Assembly (NCBI GenBank): GCA_000708835.1
Contig: DF236980.1
Span: forward strand, 271,441 to 335,440
From: Klebsormidium nitens
Lineage: Eukaryota > Plantae > Klebsormidiophyceae
DNA length: 64,000 nucleotides
Direction: 5' to 3'
Shown here in pieces: positions 45,401 through 57,888 of the stretch (position 1 is the first letter of the stretch; every line of letters begins with the position of its first letter). The translations under genes were made by a program, and so were the position numbers. The notes under the pieces are model-generated. The model searched no databases and was not told where the DNA came from. It worked only from the letters and a program-made list of their open reading frames with translations.

Positions 45401-48400
45401 GGCAACTCGCAGTGCCTGAGAGTCCTCTTGTTGGGCTGGAACCAAGGCTGGAAGGATGGTGGTTGGAAGGATGCTCCATTGCTATCTTGTTGCACCATTT
45501 CTGAATGTCACGGCTTAAAAGACCCAAGAGGCAGAGACTTTTAGTCTGTGTCTCTGGCAGCGACTTTGTTCGTGTTGATTCGTGTTGTTGCAATTTCCAT
45601 CCAATCTTGGCAATGCTGAGAGCAGATCGAGAAAGCTACGTCATGTTTCGCGAAACCTGCAAACTGGGCCGATTGTTCGTGCAAACCTTCGCAGGCGAGC
45701 GAGAACGGGCGACCCAGGCCAAAGAAGCCGCGATCGTGACCGGAAAGGACGCGCTCGCTGCGGCCCAAAAGCAGCACCGCGCCGAGCTGCGCAAGGGCGG
45801 GGAAACCAACGCGGGCGACACGATCCGCGTACTCAGGGTCGAGTTAGCGGAGGTAACCGAGCGGCTTAACCAAACCCGGAAGCAACTAGATACGGCGGAG
45901 AACCGTTGCGAGGAGCTGGCGAAGGAACTCCGCAACAAGGCCCAGGAGAACTCGAGACTCGCCGCGGAGATTGCGGCGGTTAAGATAACCAAGATTGGTT
46001 TAAGCGAGGAGGGTTTGGTAACCCCGCGGAAGGGGATTCCGCCGTTGGCGGCGGAGCGCAGCGGGGGGAGAGTGCTACAGGTGGCGTCGCTCTCGCAGGC
46101 GTTGGAGGAGGCGCAGAGATGGTGAGTCGCTCAGAATTTTCTCACGATCAAAGGCATTGGTTCTGAAGCAATTGATGATCTAAGTCGAGTCAAAACGTTC
46201 TAGAAGGGCAGGCCTTGGAGTTCAGCCCGGTATGGACATCTCTTGCGATCCTAAGTGGCTTCTCAACATGCGATTTGAATCGGACTGGAGTCCCTTGTTT
46301 CAATGTTGTTCCTTTGGACTTGATTTCTCCAAATCAGGAGACCATCGTTTTGCATGCGATTGCGTGCTTTTCAATAGATTCATCCGTTCTTCCCACAGGC
46401 CTCGCAATCCCTTATCTCTGGCACACTTTGCGTCCTAGCTCCGACAGTTCAACTCGACACTTCGATTTCATCCGTTCTTTCCACATTGCCTCCCAATCAG
46501 AGAACAGCCTTTTTCGCATTCACTTCCAAGGCTTCAACTCGACACTCAACCATCTTTCGTTCTTTCCCAGGGCCTCCCAAGCCGAGGACAGCCTTCGCAT
46601 GCGCGAGCAAGCAGTCGCCGAGGCAGAGGAGGTGCGCATGAGCCTGGAGCGGCGCGTGAAGGACGCGGAAACTAGGATGGCGGAAATGGGCGCCAGCCTG
46701 GAGAGGAAGGCGACCGAGGCGGCGCAGCTGCGGCAGGAGCTCGACGAGGAGCGCGAGGAGCGGGGTAGGCTGGAGGAGGATCTCGAGGTGGGTTAGCGGC
46801 CGGGTTAATGGGTGTGTTTGGGGGTTAGCGGAGGGTCTTTTTGAGGTTTGAGGAATGTGCTCTTATTTGAATCTGATGGACAAGGAGCGGGATCAGTGAG
46901 GCAAGCTGGAGGAGGACCTTGAGGTGGGTTAGCGGCCCGGTTAACGGGTGTTTGTGTGGGTCCGTGAGGGTGTTCCGGGTTGGTGGCTGGGTAACAACCT
47001 GAATCATACTCCGGTATAACGAGATTCGAGGCGTTGTCTCCGATTTTAGACTGGTGCGTGTGAAGCGCAAGGGTTTTGGATGCGAGGGCTGTGCAGAGTG
47101 GAGATCGTCGGACACGCAAGTCTCACCTTCGCACCTCTTGCGACGTCCTTCGTAACTCATTGTGTTTCCATCCGGAATGTAAGTCTTTCCAAGGGGCACT
47201 GGGTTGGAAGCCTTGGTGATTGTTGCCATCTCATGACGATCCTTGACTGAGGGATCTCGTCAATCTCTGACGTTAAGTTCGAATGTCTTACACCCTCGTG
47301 TACTTTACCCAGGCGCTCCAAGATGAGGCGGCCGCCAGCGACGCCGCCGCAATCGCGCAGCTCGCCGAGTCGGGCGCGCAGATCCAGTCGCTCACCGACG
47401 CCAAGACGCGCACCGAAGAACGCCTGTCGGCGCTCATGCGCGAGCGCGCCGAACTCGACGTCAAACTGGCGCTCCTGAAGCGTTCCAAGGAGGACGCCGA
47501 TGCGCAGCTGAAGAACGCGCGGGCCGCGATCGTGCAGCTCGAAGCGAAGCTGACGTCAGAGGAGGGCCGCTCGGCGGACCTCGAGGCGCAGCTGACGTCA
47601 GCGGGCGAGCGGGAGAGGAGACTGGGCGAGGAACTAGCGGCGGGTGAAAAGGAGATCGGGGAACTGACGCAGAGGGTCGGGGCGTTGGAAGGCGAGAAGC
47701 AGGGGCTTGAGGTTTTGGCGGAGAATCTGACGGGAGACCTCGAGGAGTCGCGCGATGAGACGGCGCAGCTCAAGAACGAACGAGAGGATATGAAGATTGA
47801 GTTAGCGCAGGTTAAGGCTAACAGCGCGGAGTTAGCGCGGGACCTTGCAGACACCAACGACGATCTCACCGACACTGAGAATAGGCTCGCTAAGAGCGAC
47901 GAGGACCGGAACAAGGCCTGGGAGGAAGTCGAGCGGCTAACCGGGGTCAAGGAGGAGCTTAATCAGCGGTTGAGCATGTTCACCGGGGAGATCCGTAACC
48001 TGAACGAGCGCCTCTCGGAGGTTATCGCCGAAGTCGCGGATCTTCACAAGAAGCTCGGCGCGCTACGGAGCGAGAAGCACGAAGCGGAGCAGTCGTCGGT
48101 GCAGGCCAAGGCCGCGGCGGCGGAACTGGAGCTGCAACTAGCGGCGGCGCAGAAACGCGTGGCCGAGCTCACGTCGAAACTGTCGGCATCCGAGCAGAGC
48201 AACCGCGAGGTTTCGTCGCTTCTCGCGGAAACCAAGGCCCAGAAGAAGGAGGTTGAAAGCGAGTTGAAGGAGACTCGCAGCGTGGTGGCGCAACTGGGTA
48301 ACGAGCTGACGGGGGTTAGGAACGAGGTTAAGGCGCGCGGGGCGGAGCTGGCCGCGGTTAAGGAGAAGATGGCGGCCAAGGTTAAGGAGGGCGAGGAGCG

Positions 48401-51400
48401 GGTTAGCAAGCTCAAGGGCGAACTGAGCGACGTGGTGCAGCGGGGCACGGAACTGGACAAGAAGTTCGGACAGGCCCTGCAGGTGAGCCGTTTGGAGCTG
48501 ATCTTATTTGCTTCGACACGTTTTGGATCTTGTAATCAGCCTGTAGTGTCGCCGCTCGGACAGACCCTGCAGCTCAGCCCTTTGGACCGAGCAAAATTGC
48601 GTTTTGAGTTCCCATTTTTGTGCTTTTTTTCGCCGTTACAGTATATACTTACCGACTGCGCGGTGGGATGAACGCCATTAGATCTAGATTTGGCTTGCCT
48701 GTCTTTGCCTCACATCCCTCACTTGCTCTCTTGCTCGAGACGAATGGACGGCGTCTTTGCTTTTGTGTCAGACTTCGCCACCTCTTCCCCAATGTCTCAT
48801 GTGGACCGTCGGAAAAGACGTCCCGCTTCTTTATTACCGAGGCCAGACATCCAAATATATGCCTTCCCCCTTTTGATCCTGATGCACTTTTGAGGCGATG
48901 TACCAAGTACTTAGGCTTGAGCAACAGAATATGGAATGACAGGAGAAACCCAGACCCTTGAGACATTCATTCAGTGGACGAGATGAGTTGGTGTGCTTTC
49001 GGGACCTCTTTCGTCACTTCTACATATTTTTTGTCACGTTCACAGCGTCTTACCTTCTCGAAACAAGTGGACATTGTTTGCCTCCATTCCGCAAAATCTC
49101 TGGTCCTTTGCATCCAACCAGCCCTTATCGGACGCCCATCCTCTGTTCCATTCTACAGGGCCTCGGCCAGCGCGACCAGGCGCTCCTGACCGCCAGCGAG
49201 GAGCAGCGGGCCCTGTTGGCGGCTCGATAACCTTTTTCTCCAATTTTTCAACTGACTTGTAATTCACCTCTCGTTTTACAGGGCCTCGCCCAGCGCGACC
49301 AGGCGCTCCTGACCGCCAGCGAGGAGCAGCGGGCCCTGTTGTCGGAGGTGGACACCCACAAAGGCGACGTCGCCAGGCTGGAGCACGAGCTGAACAGGGC
49401 CCTCGCGGACGCGTCCGAAACGTCGGCCAAGCTGTACAAAGCGTCCGCAAAGCTGGCGGAGACGGAGGCGGCGCTCGCGGAGATCAAGGAAGAGAAGGAG
49501 GGGCTGGAGACGGGGCTGAGCGCAGTGCAGCAAGAGAAGGCGGACGTGCAGGTGAGGGAGGGTTTGCAATAACCAGGTTTTCTAACTCTTTGGGACAGAC
49601 GTGCACGTGAGAGAGAGTTTGCAATAACCAGGGTTTTGAATCTGTGAGGGTCCGTCCGCTTCTGGTATTGCTGTTGATGCTTTGAGGTCTGTTTATCTCG
49701 AGTCCCTGGAAAGAGGTTTCCAGGTTTTGAAGTCTTCTTCGCAGACAAGTGCTGATATTCATTTCATGAGTGGCCTCGAAGGAGCACGAATCAGCGGTCA
49801 GAGGAAGAAAAGGAAGCTAGAGAAAGCGGTTGAGCAATCACCGAGTCCCGGCATTGAACTCGCGACATCCCATCTTGTCTGGTCGAGTCCGCACAATGTT
49901 GCGCCACTCGTGCTCGCAATCTGATCTCTCGTCAAACTTCTTTCCAGGTCCAACTGGCCCAGTCCAGCCGCGAGTGCGCGGAACTCACCGCCGCGCTCGA
50001 GGCCGCCCAGCACGAGCGCGCGCGCGTCGCCGCTGAGCTGAACAAGCTGAGCGCGGACCGTGATGACATCAGCGCGCTGCTCGCGGCGTCGACGGGCGAG
50101 GTGGCCGCGCTCAACACGAAGCTGGCGGAATCCGCCGGAGAGAGCGCAATTCTGAGCGGAAAGGTCGCGACGCTGAGCGCGGAGATCGGGGAGCTGCGGT
50201 CCAAGCTGGCGGGCGCATCCAACGCCAGGTACGCTTTCTTACTATTACATCATTGAAGTCAGAGACAATTTGCCCTATTTTGATACGGACAGACTTCGCT
50301 TACGGACTGCTTTGACAGAGTTTGAGTTGCTGATTCGAATGGACTCGGGTAATTGGTCGGAATCGTGAATGAAGTGGTACTTGATTGCTTCCGAGCGTAG
50401 CTCACATCACGTCACCCAAGATGGCTCATTTCAAAAGTTCGTTCATCGGACGGGTCCTACTGGGATTGCGTACGCTCGTCAACAACGCTCGCATGAGTGC
50501 GACAGTCTCCAGCAACTCGCGACCGTTAGCATTCTTATTCGCTTGACTTCGTACTTCTCCTGAAGCTCAGTTCGTCTCTTGCTTCCCAGGCTCGGCAACG
50601 ACGCTCGCATGGCCGCCACGTCAGCCCGCAGCTCGGACCTGTTTGCCAAGCTGGCGTCCGCGGACAGCCGCGTGGCGGAGCTCGAGGCGCGCCTGGCGGC
50701 CGTGGCGCAGCAACTAGAGGCGGAGCGCAGCGGCCACTCCAAGAGCGTCGAGCAGCTGCAGCAGCACGTCAGGAACGTGCGCGAGAGGTGCGCCCAGAAT
50801 CTGCCCGCTCTCGATGCTCTCAAAAATATTCAAAGGCGGATTTGATAGCGGGTCGATGCAATCGACAACTAAAAGGATACAGAAACGAGAGGCTTTGGTA
50901 TCAAGTGACTCAAACGAAGGCAATAGACATTGAAAAAGGTGGGAATGCTTCATCTGGGCTTGAATTGGATGTTGCTGCTGCGTTGTCCATTCTGTGGCGT
51001 ATTGTTGAATGGTAGCAAGCTCTGTCAACACCGTAAGACTGGAGGGGGCCGATGTCAGATGGTTCGATATCGACGGGCAATCCCGAAGTCAATACTTTTC
51101 GAACCCAAGTTTGTTCGTCAAAACGATTTGTTTATAAGGATTCAAGGTTGGATTCGATTCCTTCTCCTTGCTTGACGGGTTGTCAAGATTCTTTCGCCTG
51201 TCGAACGAAACAAGTTCCCTTTTACGGACCGAAGACTACAAGAGGACCGTCCTGTAAATCATTTCAGTCTGCCAGCACCCTTAGACCCTGCTATCCTTTT
51301 TGCTCGCCGCGGAGAAGGAGCCGAAGCATAAGGAGTCGCGGTGGCACATGACCTTGTTGTCTGCGTCTTTCCTCCTCGCCTTACCCTATCTCTCAGATGT

Positions 51401-53810
51401 TTTCTATCGTCATGTACTCTATAACTCAGTTTCTGCTTATCTTTTGCCAGGGGCCAGCACCGACTTCGATTTACCCTGTTACTCAGATATTTCTCTTCAC
51501 TCAGATGTTCGTTAACACTCAGATTCTGCTCGTTTTTCTCCAGGGCCCAGCACGTGGAGAAGGAGCTGAAGGCCAAGGAGTCGCAGCTGCAGAGCGCGCT
51601 TGACGTCAGCCGCTGGGCCGCGCAGTCCGTGGAGTCCCTTCGCGAGGAGCTGACCGCCGTGCTCAGCCGCCGGACGCCCGACGACCCACTCGCGTCCGGC
51701 GACCAGGAGGTCCGCGAGATGACCGAAAAAGTCATCGCCATGCAGGTGGGGGGGTTGAGAACCTTTTTCCAACCTATTCCGACCTGGTTCAACCTTTCGT
51801 AACTGGTTGAAAATTTTCAACCCGTCCTGAAGTGTTCCAAAGCTGCTTCTCACGGTTTGGAACCTGTCGCGAACCTGTTTCTAGCCTCCTAAGTGCTTCC
51901 CACCTGTTCTTAGCATGCACTATTTCACTTTTGGTGGCCTTCTGTACGCTTCTTTGGTCGGCTACGGAGGTAAACGACGTCAGCAAGCAAGCATACCTGC
52001 GAAAATCGATGACACAACGAAAACCTGCTTTTGCACGATTAGCGAGCGCTGCTCGCGACAGTCCGATGTTAACCCGTTCCGGTAGAAGAGACACTAGTGT
52101 GCCATGCAATTTCTGCGGAAGGGACATCCGTGCAGTGAATGCCCTCCTTGCAGGAACTTTTGGAGGTATCTTCGAGAGACTGTATAAAATAGGCGGAGTA
52201 CTGCAACTCATTTATTACCCCCTCACTTCCCGTTAGAACTGCCATTATTTTGTGGTTCCTTCGCAGTGTTTTGAATTCGTAGCAAAGATAGAGAAAAAGC
52301 TCATGTGAAAGACAGATCAAGGAAAGTCCTCTGATCGAATCCGCAACTGCTGAACCGTCCTGGTTTCTCTCTTCCCGCAGCAAAAGATGGAGAAGGAGCT
52401 GTCGTGGCACAAGACGGCGCTCGAGAACGCGCAGCGGTACCTGGACGGCGGCGAGAAGGCGGCCGGGGAACAGAGCGGCATGGACGCGCTGCGCAAGGAC
52501 CTCGCCGAGAAAGTCTGCCAGCTGAACCCCATCTTCACCAGGGTCAGCGTCCCCTCTAGTTGCAAATTAGGTTCGATCGAGTCTGGTTTGATTGTTCGAT
52601 TCGTCTTTGTTGTGTCGAAGTGATTAATTTGAGCAAGGACCTTGCCGAGAGAGACTACCAGCTCAACCTCATCTTCACCCGGGTCAGCGTCCCTGTCTAG
52701 TTGCAATTGACGCTTTTTCCAAGGTTTTTCTACTCTGATTCGATCGTTCATATGCCTTTGTTGGTTCGAAGCTCATCGTCTTCACAAGGACCTTGCTAAG
52801 AGAATCGGCCAGCTGAACGCCTCTTTCACTAGAGCCAGCGTCCCTCTTCCTTACTGGTCATTTGTTCCAAGACAGAATTCTGTATGATCCTTGCTGCATC
52901 GCCAGCAGCTGTCGAGCGTAGAAAGAATCGTACCGGGCGACCTTCAAGCACAGTGGGTATGGTTGAGAAACTGTTACTTGAGACCCTGATCCGTCGGCGA
53001 CACGGCTGGTCCGTTACTTCCCCAGTTGTACACCTCTTACTCTTGTTTCCTTGCTCGCAAGCTGTTGCCGGTTTACAACGAAGCTAACAAAAGCTGACGT
53101 CAGCGAACACTCTCTCTTTGCAGGAAGCCCAGATGGCGGAGGCGCAGTCCCAGATCCACTCCCTAGGGGAGCAGCTGGTCGCCCTTGCGGCCCATGGCGG
53201 CATGGACGACGCGCCCATTGAGCAGCGACCACGGAACCCCCGCCTCTCGGTGGACGGCTCCGAGTCCGTCAGCAGCAGCCTACCGGTCCGGAGGCTCCGC
53301 CCGGTAGAAGGCCCCGGGGCAGAGAAAGAAGGCGATGAGGTGTGGGAGGATGCCCCCGAGAGGCAGTGGGGGGATCCCCCGAGGAAGGTCCTCGGGGAGA
53401 AGCCCCTGGCAGAGAAGTCGACCAATCTGCCTGCGGAGAAGAGGGGGGCCGGGTACCCGGGGGACAACCCCGGGGACCAACCGGGGAACGACGCGTGGCA
53501 AGGGATGATGTGGGGCAAGCCTCACCGCTCGCAAGCGGGCAAGGATCACGGGGCTCCATACCCCTCCCCCGGTTACGCCCCCGAGTCTCCGGCCACTGTG
53601 CTTCCGAGGCGCCAGCTGTTGAGGGATCTGACCAAGAAGGGGGGGGAGAAGGGGGCCGACGCAGAGACCCCCCAGATGTTTACGCGGCGCATGGCGAGGG
53701 CGCGCGGTGAGAAAGGGGCGGACATGTCGAACGTGAGCCTCGGCAAGTTCCTGGCGAAGGCGACGTCGCCCGCTAATAGCCCGACAAAGCCGGGCCAAAC
53801 TGCCAAGTGA
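33421..53810 (+). CDS. Giant coiled-coil protein (~20 exons, roughly 2,500 aa) of unknown identity
   Basis: Phase-compatible GT-AG exons (33421-33438, 34292-34411, ~35125, ~35717, ~36642, 37959-38607, ~39007, ~40048, 41067-42806, 43315-43575, 45242-45396, 45695-46121, 46571-46787, 47313-48482, 49282-49551, ~49948, ~50590, ~51544, ~52381, 53122-53810). All are E/K/A/L heptad-rich, with a Pro/Gly low-complexity tail. The start exon is inferred. Confidence 0.8.
36768..37335 (+). repeat. Exon-end plus donor tandem repeat, ~167 bp x4
   Basis: (g/a)tca(a/g)gggcctcca.aaga..aa.c.gctggc.ac..acgacct.caggag.t.ac.agta.gtgc at 36768, 36935, 37102 and 37268. Confidence 0.95.
41501..41794 (+). repeat. In-frame 147-nt (49-aa) internal duplication in the coiled coil
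   Basis: AKRELERVQK(V/A)LEEQGARDTDSKKRL.E..E.VAALEKKNGEAE.AA occurs twice, at 41501 and 41648. Confidence 0.95.
52494..52850 (+). repeat. Exon-end plus donor tandem repeat, ~140-150 bp x3
   Basis: caaggacct.gc..aga.a...(g/a)ccagct.aac..c.t.ttcac...(g/a)g.cagcgtccc at ~52494, 52634 and 52785. Confidence 0.9.
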
Positions 53811-54971
53811 AGATTTGAATCACAATCGTATGGGTGAACATGGGTGTGCTTGGAATTGCATTGGGTGGTCCGGTGGAGTAGAGTAGGTTACGCGAGTAGG
53901 ACCGTATTTCTCGACGGACAATTGTTACCGCACTGCTTTAGGTAGGGTTGTGGCTGAAACACAGAGTATGCTTCAATAGGTTGTAGCTTCGTTTTGCCCA
54001 TTGAGCGGGATACCCAACCCAAAAGTGCCGCCCAAGTCGACAGAATTGTTGGAGGCCTTGGTGCAACTTACTACTGGTGATGTCAGACCGGCTTACACTT
54101 CCATTTCAACCCAAGTCCTTGTATACTTGGGTGATTGCATCACTGATTGGGGTACTTTTCCCGCTGCATAACTATCATGTAACGTAACCCCTTAGCTTCA
54201 ACATATTAGCACGGGTAAGGGTCTTTGAAATAAACTTGCATGTCGTATGTGAATGGACGTGAGCTAATCTTGAAATTGGTTCAAAGGCCTAGGGCCTTCA
54301 AATTGAGCATGCATGTTGTCTCCGATTTATGCGGACAGCTAAAGTTGCACGCGCAACATATGCCAATACAGTAGTCTATCATCGTGGAATGCGCGTTTTC
54401 AAATGCCGACCATTTATCCAAGCATCAGGCCCTCAACAAACTCTTGGTCAGTTTGTATTTTTCTGCGTTGCAAGGAGGTTGAAAATGCAAAGTATACCAG
54501 CGTACATCAACATGGAAGAGAGATCCGCAGACGGCGAAGAGAATTGTTTGATGCAGTCAAGCAATTGCGTGAACATAGAATCCAGAACTGCGGCCCACTA
54601 GACTCACTTGCGTGCAGGCAAAAAGCCCGGCTAATTTGAGTTGAAAGGCTCAGCCATATATAGATCTTAAGCACGAGATGCACGCTTCACATCAGCGTTG
54701 TTCCGAATTGTGCATCATGTAATTCATGACCAGCTTGCACCATGTCATGCTTCGTCGTTTACAGCCTACTCCAACCCGTGATTCACATCGTCCACACACC
54801 TATCCACAAAGCGCTAGAGTTCAGGCCTTAAAAAAGGTATCCAGAGGGTGACCGTCCCACGACCGTCCCGAGGTATCTCACAACAAGGAACCTAACAAGC
54901 CAACTTACTCCAAAATCTGAACGTCCTTCTTTACACTTGTAAAGCTTCCCCGTTGTTGGATCCATCATCCT

Positions 54972-57888
54972 CTAGGCTATCCTAACGACGATGGGCTGTC
55001 CTGCACTATAGAATCGATCCAAAAACACCCTTATGAGCGACTTGCCCTCGTACACTGCTTCCCAGAGCAAGCAGCAGTACTGCATCAACAGACTACACAA
55101 CGACACCACAATGGATTGCACGAATAAGCGTTGGTCGATGTAAATGCGCGTTGCTCTGGAGCTCCCCAGGACGTACAGGGTGGACTGAAAAATGGCCTGG
55201 GGTAGCGACTCCAACAGCAGTTCAGTCAGTCCCCGAGCCTCGTGGTAACGCTCGAAGACGATGATCTCGTCCCCCCCATGCCAGATGAAGCCCAAACCTC
55301 TCCGCCACTGACAGGAGATCTTGTACGAGCACCCCCAGCAGCCCCACGGGCAACAGGAGTATTGTAACCAACCCAGAAAACACGGAATCCTGATTCCCCT
55401 CAACCGCTCCACTTATGCCCAGCTCTGGCAGCGGCCACAACCACCTCACACGCACCCCTTTCCACCCACGCACCGGGCTCCTGGTCGAGACCCAAGACTT
55501 GGCTACCATGTACGCCCCCACGACGAACGGTGCGCAGACGGACGCCAGGATGACCCACATAGGCCACGCCCCATAAACTTCGCTCAGCACTAGGAAGTCA
55601 GTGACGATGTCCACCACAGGTAGGACGCCCAGCGCAGCTCCCCACAAGAAGAGGCCACCACGCCTCCAGCTGCGCATAAGCGCAAACTTACGTCAGCTTT
55701 AAGGATGAGGAAACCAAGGCGGGCCAGTGTGAATCCCGTGTGAATGATCAGAAGTCACAGAGTTTCAAAATTTATGGGAATTCAAGCAAGCAGAAAAAGG
55801 GACGTATAGGTAAAGAGCGCAAAAGAACGACTTACCCATGGATCTGGCCCGCATCTACTTCTTTGAGACCGCTTCCTCGGGTTCGACGTCGCCAGCGGGC
55901 TACCACGACGATGGGAATGGTTGCCAACAGCACCGCGGAAGCGAACACCCCGAAAACGAGCGCGGTGACCTTCTTCGCTTCAGGGTTGCCACACAGGTTG
56001 CCCGCCTGGACTCTCGAGAAACCGACTCCCGTGTACGCCCTCCCTTCGGGCCCAAGATCGATGTTGTCCACGAAATTGGGGTCCATCAAGTCGTAGACTG
56101 TGCCTCGTGCATTTTTAAGAGTATTGGTAAACGGGTTGGTAGCGTTGCTTAAGTCATAGACTGGGTAAGGAATGTCACCGTTGAGGAAGATCGATATTCT
56201 ACCCAAGCACACCCTTCTCCGCGTGCTACGCGGTAATGTCGCCCCAGTGCCCGCTAAGTTGACAATGCACCCTTCATCGCAGCCTCCCCAGAATTGGATG
56301 CTATCGAGATGGGGGTGCGAGCCCGTCAGGTTGACAATCTTGCAGGAGTTTGGCACAGACGAAAGATCCAGGTCTTTCGTGAACGAGTTACCAATGGACA
56401 GCGCCACATATGTGACATTGGTGTTTTTGAATGAAGAGGGTAGAGGGCATGTGAGCCCTAGGGTTGTCAAGAATCGAAAGTGGGACAAGTCAAGCCTTTC
56501 GCAAGTTGTGTCGGTAAAACTGAGGTTAAGGGTACCAAGACCCACAAGGCTGCCGAGCTGCGGGGGAATGGGGCCCGAGAGGTAAGTGGAAGAGAGATCG
56601 AGGCTGCTAAGCAGGCTGAGCTGGCCGAGTTGCAGGGGGATGGCCCCACGAAGGTCATTATGATTGAGAGAGAGATATGCAAGCTTGGTGAGGCTGCCAA
56701 GCTGTGGGGGGATTAAGTGCAAGAGGTCGTTGAAAGAGAGGTCGAGGTCGCTAAGATCAGCAAGGTTGCCAAGCTCTAAGGGTATGGAGCCCGAGAGGTC
56801 GTTATTGTTAAGCTGGAGATATGCAAGCTTGGTGAGGTTGCCGAGCTGTGGGGGGATTGGGCCAGAGAGCTTATTGCTGGAGAGGTAGAGGCCTTCCAGT
56901 TTCGCGAGTTTGCTAAGCTCCAAGGGAATGGGGCCAAGGAGGCGGTTGTTACTGAGGTCGAGAAATTGGAGACTAGTAAGATTCCCGAGTTGGCCGGGGA
57001 TGAGGCCTGAGAGGTAGTTGTTGCGAAGGGAGAGGATTTGAAGCTCGGAAAGGGTGCTGAGCTGCGGGGGAATAAGGCTGAATTTGTTACTGTCGAGGTA
57101 GAGGACTTGGAGGCTGGTGAGATTGCCGAGCTGCGGGGGGATAGGGCCCCAGAGTATGTTGCCATTGAGTAGTAATGTTTGGAGGCTAGTGAGGCCGCCG
57201 AGCTGCGGGGGGATGGGGCCTGAGAGAGTGTTGCTCCCAAGAGCAAGCGTGATGAGCCTGGTCAGGTAGCTAAGCTGCGAAGGGATGGGGCCAGAAAGGC
57301 TGTTTTTGAAGAGCTTCAGCTCTTTGAGCAACGTGAGTTGGCTAAGCTCAGGCGGGATTGGGCCGGAGAGGTTATTGTTGGAAAGGGCAAGGTTAGAAAG
57401 GCTGGTCAGGCTGCCGAGTTCAGGCGGGATGGGGCCAGAAAGGCGGTTATTGCTGAGGGAAAGTCTGGTGAGGTAGGCCAGGCTGCCAAGCTTCACAGGG
57501 ATGGGGCCGGAGAGATTGTTTTCGAAGAGGTAAAGTTTGGTGAGGTAGGTCAGACTGCCGAGCTCTGGGGGAAGGGGGCCGGAGAGGTTGTTGCCGCCGA
57601 GAACAAGTGTGTGAGGTTGGTCAGGGAGCCGAGTTGGGGGGAAATGGGCCCAGAGAGTTTGTTGCCGACAAGACTAAGGTAGGTGAGGTTGGTCAACCTG
57701 CCAAGCTCGGGGGGGATGGTGCCGTTGAGGCCTTTATACCCAAGGTCTATTTTGCTCTGGTTCCAAAGTGGGCCCTTGACTAGGTTTCCAATCTCTTCCA
57801 TAGTGGCTGAGCGCACCTCGCCCATGAGCCTGCACCCGCACAGGATCACCAGGACCAGCAACCTCACGCACAGGGGAGATGGAAGCAT
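54972..57888 (-). CDS. Signal peptide + ~18 plant-type LRRs + TM + XK-related-like multipass membrane domain; two frameshifts (pseudogene or sequence error)
   Basis: ATG 57888 gives MLPSPLCVRLLVLVILCG, then LxxLxxLxLxxNxLSGPIPPxLGx repeats, GNLCGNP and a TM helix. One intron (55835-55670). The C-terminal part reads VVDIVTDFLVL..ELLLESLPQAIFQSTLY..SIVVSLCSLL. Frameshifts at ~57601 and in the G7 run at 55277-55271. Confidence 0.8.
56500..57770 (-). repeat. LRR array, 72-nt period, ~18 units
   Basis: 24-aa consensus LxxLxxLxLxxNxLSGxIPPxLGx, read directly from the translation. Confidence 0.95.

Noticed and set aside
46788-46830. Telomere-like gggtta/ggttag strings (also 7890-7960 and 61219-61295)
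   Set aside because: Not a regular telomeric unit; isolated degenerate motifs inside an intron or the MITE.
41641-48460. Long Ser/Phe/Leu-rich minus-strand ORFs (421, 236, 220, 138 aa; also 61753-62976)
   Set aside because: Antisense shadows of the E/K/A-rich coiled-coil exons.
43815-52590. ggttcga T-loop-like motifs (43821, 51061, 52570)
   Set aside because: No cloverleaf stems or A-box; no tRNA gene supported.
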